A stretch of DNA of 64,000 nt from Nostoc sp. DedSLP01 (GTDB lineage: Bacteria > Cyanobacteriota > Cyanobacteriia > Cyanobacteriales > Nostocaceae), in contig JAVRCJ020000002.1 of the NCBI GenBank assembly GCA_034530875.2, forward strand, positions 342,840-406,839. Reading direction: 5' to 3'. The notes under the pieces are model-generated. The model was given only the letters and a program-made list of their open reading frames with translations, did not search any database and was not told the DNA's origin. Of the stretch, positions 1-10,130 are shown in pieces; position 1 is the stretch's first letter; each line of letters opens with the position of its first letter. The position numbers were made by a program, and so were the translations under genes.

Positions 1-1
1 G

Positions 2-1723
2 TCAAACATCCTCGTCAGTGACACCGCACTAGTAACCTTAATAGACACAGACTCTTTCCAAGTAAGCAACCCAAACACTAATACTGTTTATCGTTGTCCG
101 GTGGGTAAACCAGAGTTTACTCCACCGGAACTGCAAAATAAAACTTTTGCAGAACACGATCGCGAAATTTCTCATGACTTATTTGGGTTAGCAGTACTGG
201 TATTTCAACTCTTGATGGAAGGTACGCATCCATTTTCGGGGATTTTTCAAGGTGCCATTGAGCCACCGACTTACGAATCACGCATAGCATCGGGTCATTT
301 CACCTACAGCCAAAAGCGACGCGTACCTTACCGCCCGACACCCATCGCCCCGCCTTGGGAAATTCTTCATCCCAGCTTACAAGAACTATTTGTGCGTTGT
401 TTTGAAGACGGTCACAACAACCCACAACTGCGTCCCAGCGCCCAAACTTGGCTCTCAGCAATAGCCGAAGCCGAAGATTCCCTAATTACTTGCACCACCA
501 ATCCCCAGCATCGTTACAACAATCATCTAGATATATGTCCCTGGTGCGAACGTAGCGTGCGCTTGGGCGGACGCGACCCGTTCCCATCGCATCGGGCGAT
601 AGAAGCCAGAGAACATCTACAACCGCGAATCAAAGCGAAAAAGCGCTACACCCAAACACCACGCGCGCCACAGCGAGGCTTACCAACCCACGTAGGTAAT
701 TATTGGCAACCAGTAATTACCCCTACCGCTTCACCTTATAGACGTTCCAAGAAGTCAAAATTGTACCCAGTTGTTTTTTGCTTGTTGGGTTTTGGTTTAT
801 TGGGATATGCGGACTTAATGATTAAATTCACCGAGCCGTTAGTTTCCCACAATGCTTACACTCAACAAACATTAAAATCTGGTCAGACATATAACAAACT
901 CAGCTTCGCAGATTATTATCAGCAAGCTCATACTGCTTACAAACAGCGAGACTATGAAAAAGCAGTTGCAAGTTATAGCCAAGCAATTGCTCAAGAACCC
1001 AAACATGCCAAAGCGATTATGAATCGTGGCAATGCTCGTTATAACTTGAAAGATTATGAAGGAGCAGTTGCAGATTACACCCAAGCTTTGAAAATCAAGC
1101 CCAATCAAACCAAAGCACTTGTGAATCGGGGGAATGCCCGGTTAATGCTCGCCGAATATAGTAACGACCCGGATACAGAATACAATCAAGCCCTTAGCGA
1201 CTATAATCGCGCTATTGACATCGATCGAAATGACGTTGAAGCTTATATTAGGCGAGGCATTGTCCGATCGCAAATGGCTAAATACAGCGGTGAATCTCAA
1301 CAAGTTTATAAAAAAGCGATCGCAGATTTTACTCAAGCAATCAAGTTGAATTTATCCAAAGCAGAAGCTTACTTCCAGCGCGGCGTTGTCTATTATCAAA
1401 TTGCCCAATATAGTAGCAATTACGAGCAAGAATATAATCAAGCGATCGCTGACTTTAACCAAGCATTAGCCATTAGCCCCAAACTAGCAAAAGCCTTTCT
1501 CAAACGCGGCATGGTTCGTTACGAACTAGCGCAATATGGTGGTAGTGGATCTAACCAAAACCAAACCAAAGCGATCGCAGATTTACAGACAGCTGCTAAA
1601 ATCTTTCTCGAACAAGATGATATGGATAATTATCAGCAAGCACTCAGTAACATGTGTGTCGTTGTTGAAAACAAATGCGATCCTTTATTCCAAACCCCAA
1701 GTGGCGCGGAAAAAATCAACTAA
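2..1723 (+). CDS. YegI-like Ser/Thr protein kinase - transmembrane helix - TPR protein (5' end outside the window)
   Basis: Frame open from nt 2 (SNILVSDTALVTLIDTDSFQV...CPVGKPEFTPPE). Kinase motifs NILV, DTDS, PPE, DLFGLAVLVFQLLMEGTHPF; C/H-rich CPWC segment; hydrophobic helix LYPVVFCLLGFGLLGY; then 34-aa TPRs. Confidence 0.8.
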   Translation, partial: SNILVSDTALVTLIDTDSFQVSNPNTNTVYRCPVGKPEFTPPELQNKTFAEHDREISHDLFGLAVLVFQLLMEGTHPFSGIFQGAIEPPTYESRIASGHFTYSQKRRVPYRPTPIAPPWEILHPSLQELFVRCFEDGHNNPQLRPSAQTWLSAIAEAEDSLITCTTNPQHRYNNHLDICPWCERSVRLGGRDPFPSHRAIEAREHLQPRIKAKKRYTQTPRAPQRGLPTHVGNYWQPVITPTASPYRRSKKSKLYPVVFCLLGFGLLGYADLMIKFTEPLVSHNAYTQQTLKSGQTYNKLSFADYYQQAHTAYKQRDYEKAVASYSQAIAQEPKHAKAIMNRGNARYNLKDYEGAVADYTQALKIKPNQTKALVNRGNARLMLAEYSNDPDTEYNQALSDYNRAIDIDRNDVEAYIRRGIVRSQMAKYSGESQQVYKKAIADFTQAIKLNLSKAEAYFQRGVVYYQIAQYSSNYEQEYNQAIADFNQALAISPKLAKAFLKRGMVRYELAQYGGSGSNQNQTKAIADLQTAAKIFLEQDDMDNYQQALSNMCVVVENKCDPLFQTPSGAEKIN

Positions 1724-1758
1724 AAATAAGTAAGTTTTAGTCCAGAAATAAATCTTTA

Positions 1759-1790
1759 GTAGGGTGCGTTACGGCTTTAGCCTAACGCAC
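1759..1790. repeat. REP-like GTAG-headed hairpin
   Basis: GTAGGGTGCGTTA...TAACGCAC followed by a T-run just after the kinase stop; related copies at ~27934-27967 and ~27997-28017. Confidence 0.55.
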
Positions 1791-1874
1791 TTTTTGTATC
1801 AACATACATTAACAACTCAATATTTTTCGTGGCAAATAATACAAATTTAAATAATTTTTCCAATACATCGATAA

Positions 1875-1902
1875 TAGGGGCTTTACAGCTGTAAAGCCCC
1901 TA
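1875..1902. repeat. Perfect 28-bp palindrome
   Basis: TAGGGGCTTTACAG-CTGTAAAGCCCCTA. Confidence 0.85.
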
Positions 1903-2440
1903 CCCATGTTCCTCATTCAAACGAGAATTTCTATATCTCTTATAAGTAAATTTAATTCCTGACTAATAGCAAAAGTTATCTTTAGATGACAAATATCTCC
2001 AAAAATATTTAATCTACTAAAGTAGACTTTAGCTATAACAAAAGGAACTTCAGTTATAGGCAGTGACTGTATTTGTCGCATCTTTTTTAAAATTGAAACT
2101 ATCTATAAATCCATGCTTAACATACTCAAATAGTATTATTTTTACTTTCTAAATAGAATAGTAATAACTTATTAAAAGATAATTAAAGAGTCATTTTATA
2201 CTATTCTTGATTCATTCTGAATTCTGACTCGTGAATTCTGAATTCTTCTATTTACATATTCATAGACCTTTTATATAGAAAAGATGTTAATTTATATCTT
2301 CTTCATAATTTCGTAAAAAAATACAGTTAGATTATTGACTGAGAAAAATAAATCAGAAAACAATTTTTTCTCCATATAAGTGCATCCTCTTCATGTGACG
2401 AAAGACAAATAATATCCCTACAAATCTCCGAGGTAATTGC

Positions 2441-3214
2441 ATGAAAGCGGTGATTTTGGCTGGAGGGCTTGGTACGCGCCTCAGTGAAGAAACTAGTATC
2501 AGACCCAAGCCGATGGTTGAGATTGGTGGTAAGCCAATTCTATGGCACATAATGAAGACTTATTCTGCTCACGGAATTAATGACTTCATCATTTGTTGTG
2601 GTTACAAAGGTTACATAATTAAAGAGTATTTTGCTAACTACTTTTTACACATGTCAGATGTAACCTTTGACATGAGATTTAACCAGATGAACGTGCATTC
2701 TGGATACGCTGAACCTTGGCGCGTCACCTTAGTAAATACGGGCGACCAGACAATGACAGGCGGACGCTTAAAACGCATCAGCGAACATCTAGGAAATGAA
2801 ACTTTTTGCTTTACTTATGGCGATGGTGTAAGTGATATTAATATCACTGAGTTAATTCAATTTCATCAACAACAGAACACTTTAGCAACACTGACAGCCG
2901 TACAACCAGCAGGACGTTTTGGTGCAATTTCCTTAGGATACGAGCAAACTAAAATCGCAAGCTTTCGAGAAAAACCTGAAGGCGATGGTGCTTGGATTAA
3001 TGGCGGTTATTTTGTGTTAGAACCAGAAGTGATAAACTTGATTGCTGATGACTCTACCGTATGGGAACAAGAGCCATTAGAAAAGTTAGCTTATATGGAA
3101 CAGCTATCTGCTTTCAAGCACTACGGTTTTTGGCAACCAATGGATACCTTACGCGATAAAAACCACCTCGAAGGGCTATGGAACAACGGTCAAGCTCCTT
3201 GGAAGGTGTGGTAG
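2441..3214 (+). CDS. rfbF: Glucose-1-phosphate cytidylyltransferase
   Basis: MKAVILAGGLGTRLSEET...PKPMVEIGGKPILWHIMK, TMTGGRLKR, GFWQPMDTLRDK, C-terminal APWKVW; GAGG RBS. Confidence 0.95.
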   Translation: MKAVILAGGLGTRLSEETSIRPKPMVEIGGKPILWHIMKTYSAHGINDFIICCGYKGYIIKEYFANYFLHMSDVTFDMRFNQMNVHSGYAEPWRVTLVNTGDQTMTGGRLKRISEHLGNETFCFTYGDGVSDINITELIQFHQQQNTLATLTAVQPAGRFGAISLGYEQTKIASFREKPEGDGAWINGGYFVLEPEVINLIADDSTVWEQEPLEKLAYMEQLSAFKHYGFWQPMDTLRDKNHLEGLWNNGQAPWKVW

Positions 3215-3349
3215 AGGCAGAGGAGAGATGGGGAAGTGTGGGGAGTGTGGGGAGAGAGGGGGGAAAGATTTCTTCCCCATCCTCCTACACTTCCTGCTTG
3301 CCCCATGCCCTAGTAAATTTATAGTGTAACTACAAGTACGATAATACTA

Positions 3350-4564
3350 ATGTATGATTTTGCGATTATAGGTGGGGGAATAGTTGGACTCTCTACGGCG
3401 TTGGCTTTAGGAAAACGCTATCCCAATGCAAGTATTTTAGTCGTAGAAAAAGAGAGTCAATGGGCTTTTCATCAAACTGGCAATAATAGCGGCGTGATTC
3501 ATTCTGGTATTTACTACAAACCAGGGAGTTTCAAAGCTAAATTTTGTCGTGATGGTTCTCGCTCAATGGTAGATTTCTGTCAAGAACATGGAATTGACCA
3601 TGAAGTTTGTGGTAAAGTGATTGTTGCAACTGAAGAACAAGAACTAGCACGCCTCGAAAATCTCTACCAACGCGGCTTGGAAAATGGCATAGAAGTCCAA
3701 AGAATTAGCCCGGAAGAAGTCAAGGAAATTGAACCCCATGTAAGTTGTGTAGGTGGAATTCGAGTATTTTCAACTGGCATTCTTAATTACAAACAAGTTT
3801 GTTTGAAATATGCCCAGCTGATTCAACAACAAGGGGGACATTTACACCTAAATACTAAAGTACTGAAAATCTTATCCAGGGGTAAAACTCAGGTACTAGA
3901 AACAAACAAAGGTAGCTTTGAAACCAAGTTTGTAATAAATTGTAGTGGATTGCATAGCGATCGCACTGCCAGATTAAATCAAGTTGAACCCCAAGCCAAA
4001 ATTGTCCCATTTCGGGGAGAATACTACGAACTCACACCAGAAAAACGCTATCTGGTCAAGACTTTAATTTATCCAGTACCCAACCCAGATTTTCCCTTCC
4101 TGGGCGTCCACTTTACCCGGATGATTGATGGTAGCGTTCATGCAGGGCCAAACGCGGTTTTATCCCTCAAACGCGAAGGTTACAAAAAAACCGACTTTGA
4201 TTTAGGCGATTTTCTGGAGGTTATGACTTATCCCGGTTTCTGGAAATTGGCAGCCAAACATGCTGATGAAGGTATTCAAGAAATTATTCGTTCCTTCAGT
4301 AAAGCAGCCTTCGTTAAAAGTTTGCAAAAACTAATTCCTGAAGTCCAAGCAGAAGATTTAGTTCCCACCCATGCAGGAGTCCGCGCTCAAGCCTTAATGA
4401 ACGATGGCAAGCTTGTAGACGACTTTTTGATTGTTTCCGGTGAAAACTCTATCCATGTTTGCAATGCTCCTTCTCCGGCTGCTACTTCTTCTTTAGAAAT
4501 TGGCAAAGCCATTGTCGCCCAAATTCCTCAACTTTCGCATTTAGATAATGTAGTAACTGCGTAG
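3350..4564 (+). CDS. lhgO: L-2-hydroxyglutarate oxidase (FAD-dependent)
   Basis: GGGIVG FAD motif, HQTGNNSGVIHSGIYYKPGS, PFRGEY, PFLGVHFTR, NAPSPAATSSLEI. Confidence 0.9.
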   Translation: MYDFAIIGGGIVGLSTALALGKRYPNASILVVEKESQWAFHQTGNNSGVIHSGIYYKPGSFKAKFCRDGSRSMVDFCQEHGIDHEVCGKVIVATEEQELARLENLYQRGLENGIEVQRISPEEVKEIEPHVSCVGGIRVFSTGILNYKQVCLKYAQLIQQQGGHLHLNTKVLKILSRGKTQVLETNKGSFETKFVINCSGLHSDRTARLNQVEPQAKIVPFRGEYYELTPEKRYLVKTLIYPVPNPDFPFLGVHFTRMIDGSVHAGPNAVLSLKREGYKKTDFDLGDFLEVMTYPGFWKLAAKHADEGIQEIIRSFSKAAFVKSLQKLIPEVQAEDLVPTHAGVRAQALMNDGKLVDDFLIVSGENSIHVCNAPSPAATSSLEIGKAIVAQIPQLSHLDNVVTA

Positions 4565-4611
4565 ATAGTATAGTTGTCACTTCCGGCGCTGCTGAATTTG
4601 GATGTGAAACC

Positions 4612-4718
4612 TCACGCAGAGGCGCAGAGTCGCAGAGGTATTTTAATAACTACTCAAGATTGCTGAGTCATAAGATAACAGTAGTCAAGTCTCTCTGCGC
4701 CTTTGCGTCTCTGCGTGA
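4612..4718. repeat. Inverted repeat of the TCACGCAGAG-(GCGCAGAG)n octamer family
   Basis: TCACGCAGAGGCGCAGAGTCGCAGAG ... CTCTGCGCCTTTGCGTCTCTGCGTGA; further arms near 9348, 10148, 23180, 45408 and 51093. Confidence 0.75.
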
Positions 4719-4796
4719 AAAAATAAACCATCTACATAAACATTTCTCCTCACCTAGTTGCGTAACGCACTCTTCAATACAAAGGCATTAACCACA

Positions 4797-5822
4797 ATGA
4801 AAATATTAGTAACCGGCACAGAAGGCTATCTGGGTTCATTATTGCCACCTCTGTTAATCGAACGCGGACATGAAGTTATCGGTATCGATACTGGTTTCTA
4901 TAAAGTTGGTTGGTTGTACAACGGTACTGATGTCACAGCCAAAACCCTCAACAAAGATATCCGCAATATCGCCCCTGAAGATTTGGAAGGCGTGGAAGCA
5001 ATTGTTCACATGGCGGAACTCTCCAACGACCCAGCCGGACAATTGGCACCGAATATTACCTATCAAATTAATCATGTAGGTTCAGTTCGTCTGGCTAGCT
5101 TGGCTAAGGCTATGGGCGTGCGTCGTTTTGTATATATGTCTTCGTGCAGTGTCTACGGTGTTGCTACCGAAGGTGATGTTACAGAAGAATCTCCTATTAA
5201 TCCCCAAACAGCCTACGCAGAGTGCAAAACACTGGTAGAAAGAGATGTTGCACCATTAGCTGACGATGACTTCTCGCCTACCTTTATGCGGAATGCTACT
5301 GCTTTTGGTGCTTCTCCGAGAATGCGGTTTGATATTGTTTTAAACAACTTGGCGGGGTTGGCTTGGACTAGCAAGCAAATCAAAATGACTAGCGACGGTA
5401 CACCTTGGCGTCCGTTAGTTCACGCGTTGGATATTTGCAAAGCAATAGCCTGCGCTTTGGAAGCACCGCGGGATATCATACATAACCAAATCTTCAATGT
5501 TGGAGATACAGCAAATAATTATCGAGTTAGAGAAATCGCTGAAATTATTGCTGATATTTTCCCTGATTGTAAATTGTTGTTTGGGAATAATGGCGCAGAT
5601 AACCGCAGCTATCGGGTATCTTTCGAGAAAATCAATAGCATTTTACCCGGATTTAAATGTGATTGGAATGCAAGACTTGGTGCCGAGCAGTTACTCAAGT
5701 TATTCAGTCAAATTGATATGGCTGAAGATACTTTCTTGTTTAGAGGATTTACCCGTTTAAAACAGCTAGAGTATCTGATTCGTACCGAGCAAATTGACAA
5801 AGATTTCTTCTGGAATAAGTAG
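4797..5822 (+). CDS. NAD-dependent epimerase/dehydratase (extended SDR)
   Basis: MKILVTGTEGYLGS, SSCSVYG, YAECK (YxxxK). ATG at 4797 preferred over the TTG at 4758. Confidence 0.9.
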   Translation: MKILVTGTEGYLGSLLPPLLIERGHEVIGIDTGFYKVGWLYNGTDVTAKTLNKDIRNIAPEDLEGVEAIVHMAELSNDPAGQLAPNITYQINHVGSVRLASLAKAMGVRRFVYMSSCSVYGVATEGDVTEESPINPQTAYAECKTLVERDVAPLADDDFSPTFMRNATAFGASPRMRFDIVLNNLAGLAWTSKQIKMTSDGTPWRPLVHALDICKAIACALEAPRDIIHNQIFNVGDTANNYRVREIAEIIADIFPDCKLLFGNNGADNRSYRVSFEKINSILPGFKCDWNARLGAEQLLKLFSQIDMAEDTFLFRGFTRLKQLEYLIRTEQIDKDFFWNK

Positions 5823-5933
5823 AAACTATTTATAGTTTGAGCTTTGGTAGTCAAGCACAAACTATAAATATATATTCTTAATTTTGACTGATTTCACAGA
5901 GTATTTTGTTAACCATTAATAGGGCTTGAAATT

Positions 5934-7202
5934 ATGGCGATCGCAAAATGTCGTTTCAGTGGCCAACCGTTACACCAAACCTTCGTTGATTTGGGAATGT
6001 CACCTTTAGCCAATGCTTATCTGTGCGAAGAACAATTAAATAAAGCCGAAAAGTTTTATCCTCTCCACGCTTATATTTCTGAAGATACACTTTTAGTTCA
6101 ATTAGAACAATTTGAAACTCCAGACCAAATTTTTAGCGACTATGCTTACTTTTCTTCCTACTCGGCAAGCTGGCTAAAACATGCCAAAGCTTATACCGAT
6201 ATGATGGTAGAAAAGTTTAAATTTAATCGTGATACTCAAGTTATTGAAATTGCCAGTAATGACGGTTATTTACTGCAATATTTTTTAGAGAAAGGCATTC
6301 CTGTTTTAGGAATCGAACCAGCGGCAAATGTAGCGAAAGTTGCACAAGATAGAGGTATTCCTAGTATTAACAAGTTTTTTGGAGTTGAAACTGCCAGAGA
6401 ACTAGTTATGGAAGGAAAACTAGCTGACCTTTTGATAGGTAATAATGTTTTAGCTCATGTACCAGATTTAAACGATTTCATCGCTGGAATGAAACTCATC
6501 CTTAAACCTAATGGTATCTTGACGATGGAATTTCCTCACATTTTGCAACTCATTGAGCAAAATCAGTTTGATACTATTTACCACGAGCATTTTTCCTATT
6601 TCTCATTTATTACAATCCAAAAAATCTTTGCGGCACACAACTTGCAAATTTTCGATGTAGAAGAATTGCCGACTCATGGCGGTTCTCTGAGGATTTATAT
6701 CAAACATGACTATGCCGATTATCCCAGCATTAGGGAACGAGTTCGGCATTTGAAAGAGAAAGAAATTGCCGCCGGGCTACATCGCATAGAAACTTACGTC
6801 ACATTTGCAGAAAAAATCAAAGCAACAAAGCATAAGCTCTTAAGCTTTCTTATCGCAGCTAAAGCAGAAGGTAAATCAATAGTTGGCTATGGCGCACCAG
6901 CTAAAGGTAATACATTACTCAATTATTGTGGTATTGGGAAAGACTTTATTGATTACACAGTAGATTGTAATCCTTACAAACAAGATTTATTTTTACCTGG
7001 CACACATATTCCTATTTTTCATCCAGAAAAAATTCGGGAAACTCAGCCCGATTACGTCCTAATTTTACCTTGGAATCTTAAAGAAGAAATTATGGAACAA
7101 ATGGCATTTATTGGTGAATGGGGCGGACAATTTGTAGTGCCAATTCCTGAAGTGAAAATTTATCCTTGTCCTGTTCCTGATAAGGTTTTGATATCGTTGT
7201 AA
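5934..7202 (+). CDS. NDP-hexose C-methyltransferase family SAM-dependent methyltransferase
   Basis: DLGMSPLANAYL, EIASNDGYLL, FDTIYHEHFSYFS, THGGSLR, GYGAPAKGNTLLNYCG, ILPWNL. Confidence 0.88.
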   Translation: MAIAKCRFSGQPLHQTFVDLGMSPLANAYLCEEQLNKAEKFYPLHAYISEDTLLVQLEQFETPDQIFSDYAYFSSYSASWLKHAKAYTDMMVEKFKFNRDTQVIEIASNDGYLLQYFLEKGIPVLGIEPAANVAKVAQDRGIPSINKFFGVETARELVMEGKLADLLIGNNVLAHVPDLNDFIAGMKLILKPNGILTMEFPHILQLIEQNQFDTIYHEHFSYFSFITIQKIFAAHNLQIFDVEELPTHGGSLRIYIKHDYADYPSIRERVRHLKEKEIAAGLHRIETYVTFAEKIKATKHKLLSFLIAAKAEGKSIVGYGAPAKGNTLLNYCGIGKDFIDYTVDCNPYKQDLFLPGTHIPIFHPEKIRETQPDYVLILPWNLKEEIMEQMAFIGEWGGQFVVPIPEVKIYPCPVPDKVLISL

Positions 7203-7243
7203 TTACTAATATAAATGAAAACTTCAGATTAGGATTACAGCAG

Positions 7244-7373
7244 AATTCAGGAGTCAGAATTTAAAACTAATTAGTGTAGGTGAAGCAACTATAACATTTA
7301 TAAATACTAAGTCTTCTCTACGATAAATTACACTAACTAGCTAGCTTAGTGCTTTAGATCTGACTCCTGAATT
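7244..7373. repeat. 15-bp inverted repeats (STRR-derived) bracketing ~100 bp
   Basis: AATTCAGGAGTCAGA (7244-7258) and TCTGACTCCTGAATT (7359-7373). Confidence 0.7.
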
Positions 7374-7440
7374 ACTTCTTCTTAAAAGGTGTATTTGCTC
7401 TCTAACCACCAATCAGCTATTTTAAAATTCATTCTCTACG

Positions 7441-8448
7441 ATGTCTAAATTACTGACTATTGCCATTCCTACTTATAATCGCGCTCAATTACTGGATAAA
7501 CAATTGACATGGCTGGCTCAAGCTATTAAAGGTTTTGAAGATGAATGTGAAATTTTAGTTTCTGATAATTGCTCTACAGACAATACTCAAGAAGTAGTAC
7601 AAAAATGGCAAAAAATACTTAGTATTTTAACATTTAAATCGAATAAAAATTCCAAAAATTTAGGCGTAGTTAAAAATATTATGTATTGCCTAAATTCTAC
7701 AACAACAAAATATGTTTGGACAATTGGTGATGATGACCCAATTCAGGATAGAGCCGTTGCTTATGTTATTAACAAACTCAGACAGCACGAAAATTTATCA
7801 TTATTGTTTCTCAACTTTTCTGGTCGCAACCAAATTACTGGCGAGCCAGTTCATCCACCGACAATTGTTGGTAACCGCTGGTTTGATATAGATAGTGAAG
7901 ACGGTAATGGTAATGGAAAAGCCATATTTGAACATTGCTTTTCAAAAAGTGTCGGTGCAGTTATCTTTTTAACTGCAACAGTTTATCGCACTGATTTAGT
8001 AAAACGCGCTTTACAAATTTGGCCGGACGCTGAAAATAACTGGATTTCTTTAGCATATTTAGCCGGTTATTGTGCTGCAAATGGTGGTGTAATTGTCACG
8101 AAAGAAAATTATTTAGAATGTATTGTTGGCGTGAGTTATTGGCAGAAAGAACCAAAATCTGCACTGTTAATGCAATACAAGCATATCCCAGAAGTAATTT
8201 TGAAATTGCAAGAAAATGGATATTCTAAGCAGTTTTGTAGACGAATGCTTTTGCAAAACGGTAAAGAAGTCAACTGGAAAGTTTTCTTGGGTGCTTTAAG
8301 AAGATGGCCGATGTCTGCCATCAAGACAGTAGTTCCATTTTTGGCTTTAGTAGGCTTTTGTGCTTTTGACGTGATGGTTTCTAAAGAATTCAAGTTAGCA
8401 GAATCCAGTGAAATCTCTGGTCGAGAAATGCGGAGTTACGAGCCATAA
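7441..8448 (+). CDS. Glycosyltransferase family 2
   Basis: LTIAIPTYNR, VSDNCSTD, GDDD. Confidence 0.9.
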   Translation: MSKLLTIAIPTYNRAQLLDKQLTWLAQAIKGFEDECEILVSDNCSTDNTQEVVQKWQKILSILTFKSNKNSKNLGVVKNIMYCLNSTTTKYVWTIGDDDPIQDRAVAYVINKLRQHENLSLLFLNFSGRNQITGEPVHPPTIVGNRWFDIDSEDGNGNGKAIFEHCFSKSVGAVIFLTATVYRTDLVKRALQIWPDAENNWISLAYLAGYCAANGGVIVTKENYLECIVGVSYWQKEPKSALLMQYKHIPEVILKLQENGYSKQFCRRMLLQNGKEVNWKVFLGALRRWPMSAIKTVVPFLALVGFCAFDVMVSKEFKLAESSEISGREMRSYEP

Positions 8449-8498
8449 GCTATTCAAATTGTCAAAAAATACGTCGGAAATTAGGAGGAAGTTTCATT

Positions 8499-9344
8499 AT
8501 GTTGAATGCAATTAAACACAAAATATCTATGCTGACTTCTGACTTGAAATACTACCTAGCTCTTTGGAAGCATAGCAAGAAATTGCCAGAATTAGGAGTA
8601 GGCGATCGCCAAATTCTTAATGCTCTCAAAAAAGATGGTGCTTATGTGACAACACTTGCAGATTTAGGGTTTGATTCTAGCTCAGAACTCCTGAAAGCTG
8701 CTTACGAACAATTGTCTCAGATGGAAGACCCAAATAATAGCCATCTAGATGAAAAGTTGCCATATATTTATACAGTCACGGGCGTACCAGAAATTTCTAA
8801 CTGGGGAAAAGAAACAAGACTACTCAATATTATCGAAAATTATATTGGTCTTCCCGTTGCTTTTCATGGCGTACATCTACGCAAAGATTTTCCGAGCAAA
8901 CATCAATTTGGGACGCTACTATGGCATAGCGATGCTGAAGACCGCCGTATTATTAAAATCTTTGTTTATCTGAGTGATGTAGAACAAAAAACGGGGCCAT
9001 TTGAATATATTCCCCGTTCTTTAGCTCCTGTATTTAGCTGGAAATATATTCAGCTTTACTACAAACTTTTCAAGTCTCGTTATCTGGGTATTGACGATGA
9101 AGATGTTAAACCAGTCATCCCTAAATCAGCTTGGAAATCCTGCACGGGTGCAGCAGGTACTGTGATTATTGCAGATACAAAAAAGGCTTTACATCACGGT
9201 ACAGTCCGCACAGAAGAACGGTCAACATTGTTCTTTTGTTATACTGCTAACCCTCCGGAGAGGCCAGACCTTTGTACGCAATATTGGGATAATACTTATC
9301 ACAGAGTAGAGTTAGGTTCTGAATTGGAGGAAGTTAAAGGTTAG
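8499..9344 (+). CDS. PhyH-like 2-oxoglutarate/Fe(II) oxygenase
   Basis: WHSD (HxD), KIFVYLSDV...GPFEYIP, distal LHHG and R. Confidence 0.75.
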   Translation: MLNAIKHKISMLTSDLKYYLALWKHSKKLPELGVGDRQILNALKKDGAYVTTLADLGFDSSSELLKAAYEQLSQMEDPNNSHLDEKLPYIYTVTGVPEISNWGKETRLLNIIENYIGLPVAFHGVHLRKDFPSKHQFGTLLWHSDAEDRRIIKIFVYLSDVEQKTGPFEYIPRSLAPVFSWKYIQLYYKLFKSRYLGIDDEDVKPVIPKSAWKSCTGAAGTVIIADTKKALHHGTVRTEERSTLFFCYTANPPERPDLCTQYWDNTYHRVELGSELEEVKG

Positions 9345-9357
9345 GTTTCACGCAGAG

Positions 9358-9447
9358 GAGCCAGTGCGTTGGGGAGACAGTGCGTTGCGGAGGTTCCCTC
9401 CGTTGTAGCAACTGTCGTCGGCTCTGCCGACTTAAAGCAACTGGCGT
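9358..9447 (+). mobile_element. Nested small structured repeats (45-nt element inside a related 45-nt element)
   Basis: GAGCCAGTGCGTTGGG [GAGACAGTGCGTTGCGGAGGTTCCCTCCGTTGTAGCAACTGTCGT, 9374-9418] CGGCTCTGCCGACTTAAAGCAACTGGCGT. Confidence 0.65.
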
Positions 9448-9505
9448 CGCGCGGAGGCGCGGAGAGAAGAGGGAGTAAGTCAATATTTATCTTAGGGGAA
9501 CCAAT

Positions 9506-10060
9506 ATGATTTTTACTGAAACTGAGCTTAAAGACGCATTCATTATTGATTTGGAAGAAAAGGCAGATAGTCGTGGTTTTTTTGCTCGGACTTTTTGCGC
9601 TCAAGAATTTGAAGTGCGGGGTTTGAAGCCGACAGTTGCCCAATGTAATCTGTCTTTTAATTACAAAAAAGGCACGATTCGAGGAATGCATTATCAAGTT
9701 TTGCCAGCAGCAGAAACAAAATTAATTCGCTGTACCAAAGGCGCTATCTATGACGTAATTATTGATATGCGTCCCGAATCTCCAACCTTTTTATCGCACA
9801 TTGGCGTAGAACTAACTCCAGAAAATCGCCGCGCTTTGTATGTTCCAGAAATGTTTGCTCACGGTTATCAAGCACTCACAGATGAAACCGAAGTTGTTTA
9901 TCAAGTAGGCGAATTTTACACACCTGGATACGAACGCGGTCTACGATACGACGACCCATTTTTTAACATTGATTGGCCTCTAGATGTAACTGAAATCTCC
10001 GAAAAAGATCTAAATTGGCCCCTATTAAGAATGATGACCATCGGCGCCACAATTTCCTAA
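9506..10060 (+). CDS. rfbC: dTDP-4-dehydrorhamnose 3,5-epimerase family protein
   Basis: DSRGFFAR, GTIRGMHYQ, ETKLIRCTKGAIYDVIIDMR, FAHGYQAL, SEKD. Confidence 0.92.
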   Translation: MIFTETELKDAFIIDLEEKADSRGFFARTFCAQEFEVRGLKPTVAQCNLSFNYKKGTIRGMHYQVLPAAETKLIRCTKGAIYDVIIDMRPESPTFLSHIGVELTPENRRALYVPEMFAHGYQALTDETEVVYQVGEFYTPGYERGLRYDDPFFNIDWPLDVTEISEKDLNWPLLRMMTIGATIS

Positions 10061-10083
10061 TCATCTCACCTCCTCTCCGCGCG

Positions 10084-10130
10084 ACGGACACTTTCCTCAA
10101 GTCGGGAAACCCGCCCACAGAAGTGTCCTC
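10084..10130 (-). mobile_element. 47-nt small structured repeat related to those at 9358-9447
   Basis: Reverse complement GAGGACACTTCTGTGGGCGGGTTTCCCGACTTGAGGAAAGTGTCCGT, sitting between GCGCGGAG units. Confidence 0.6.
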
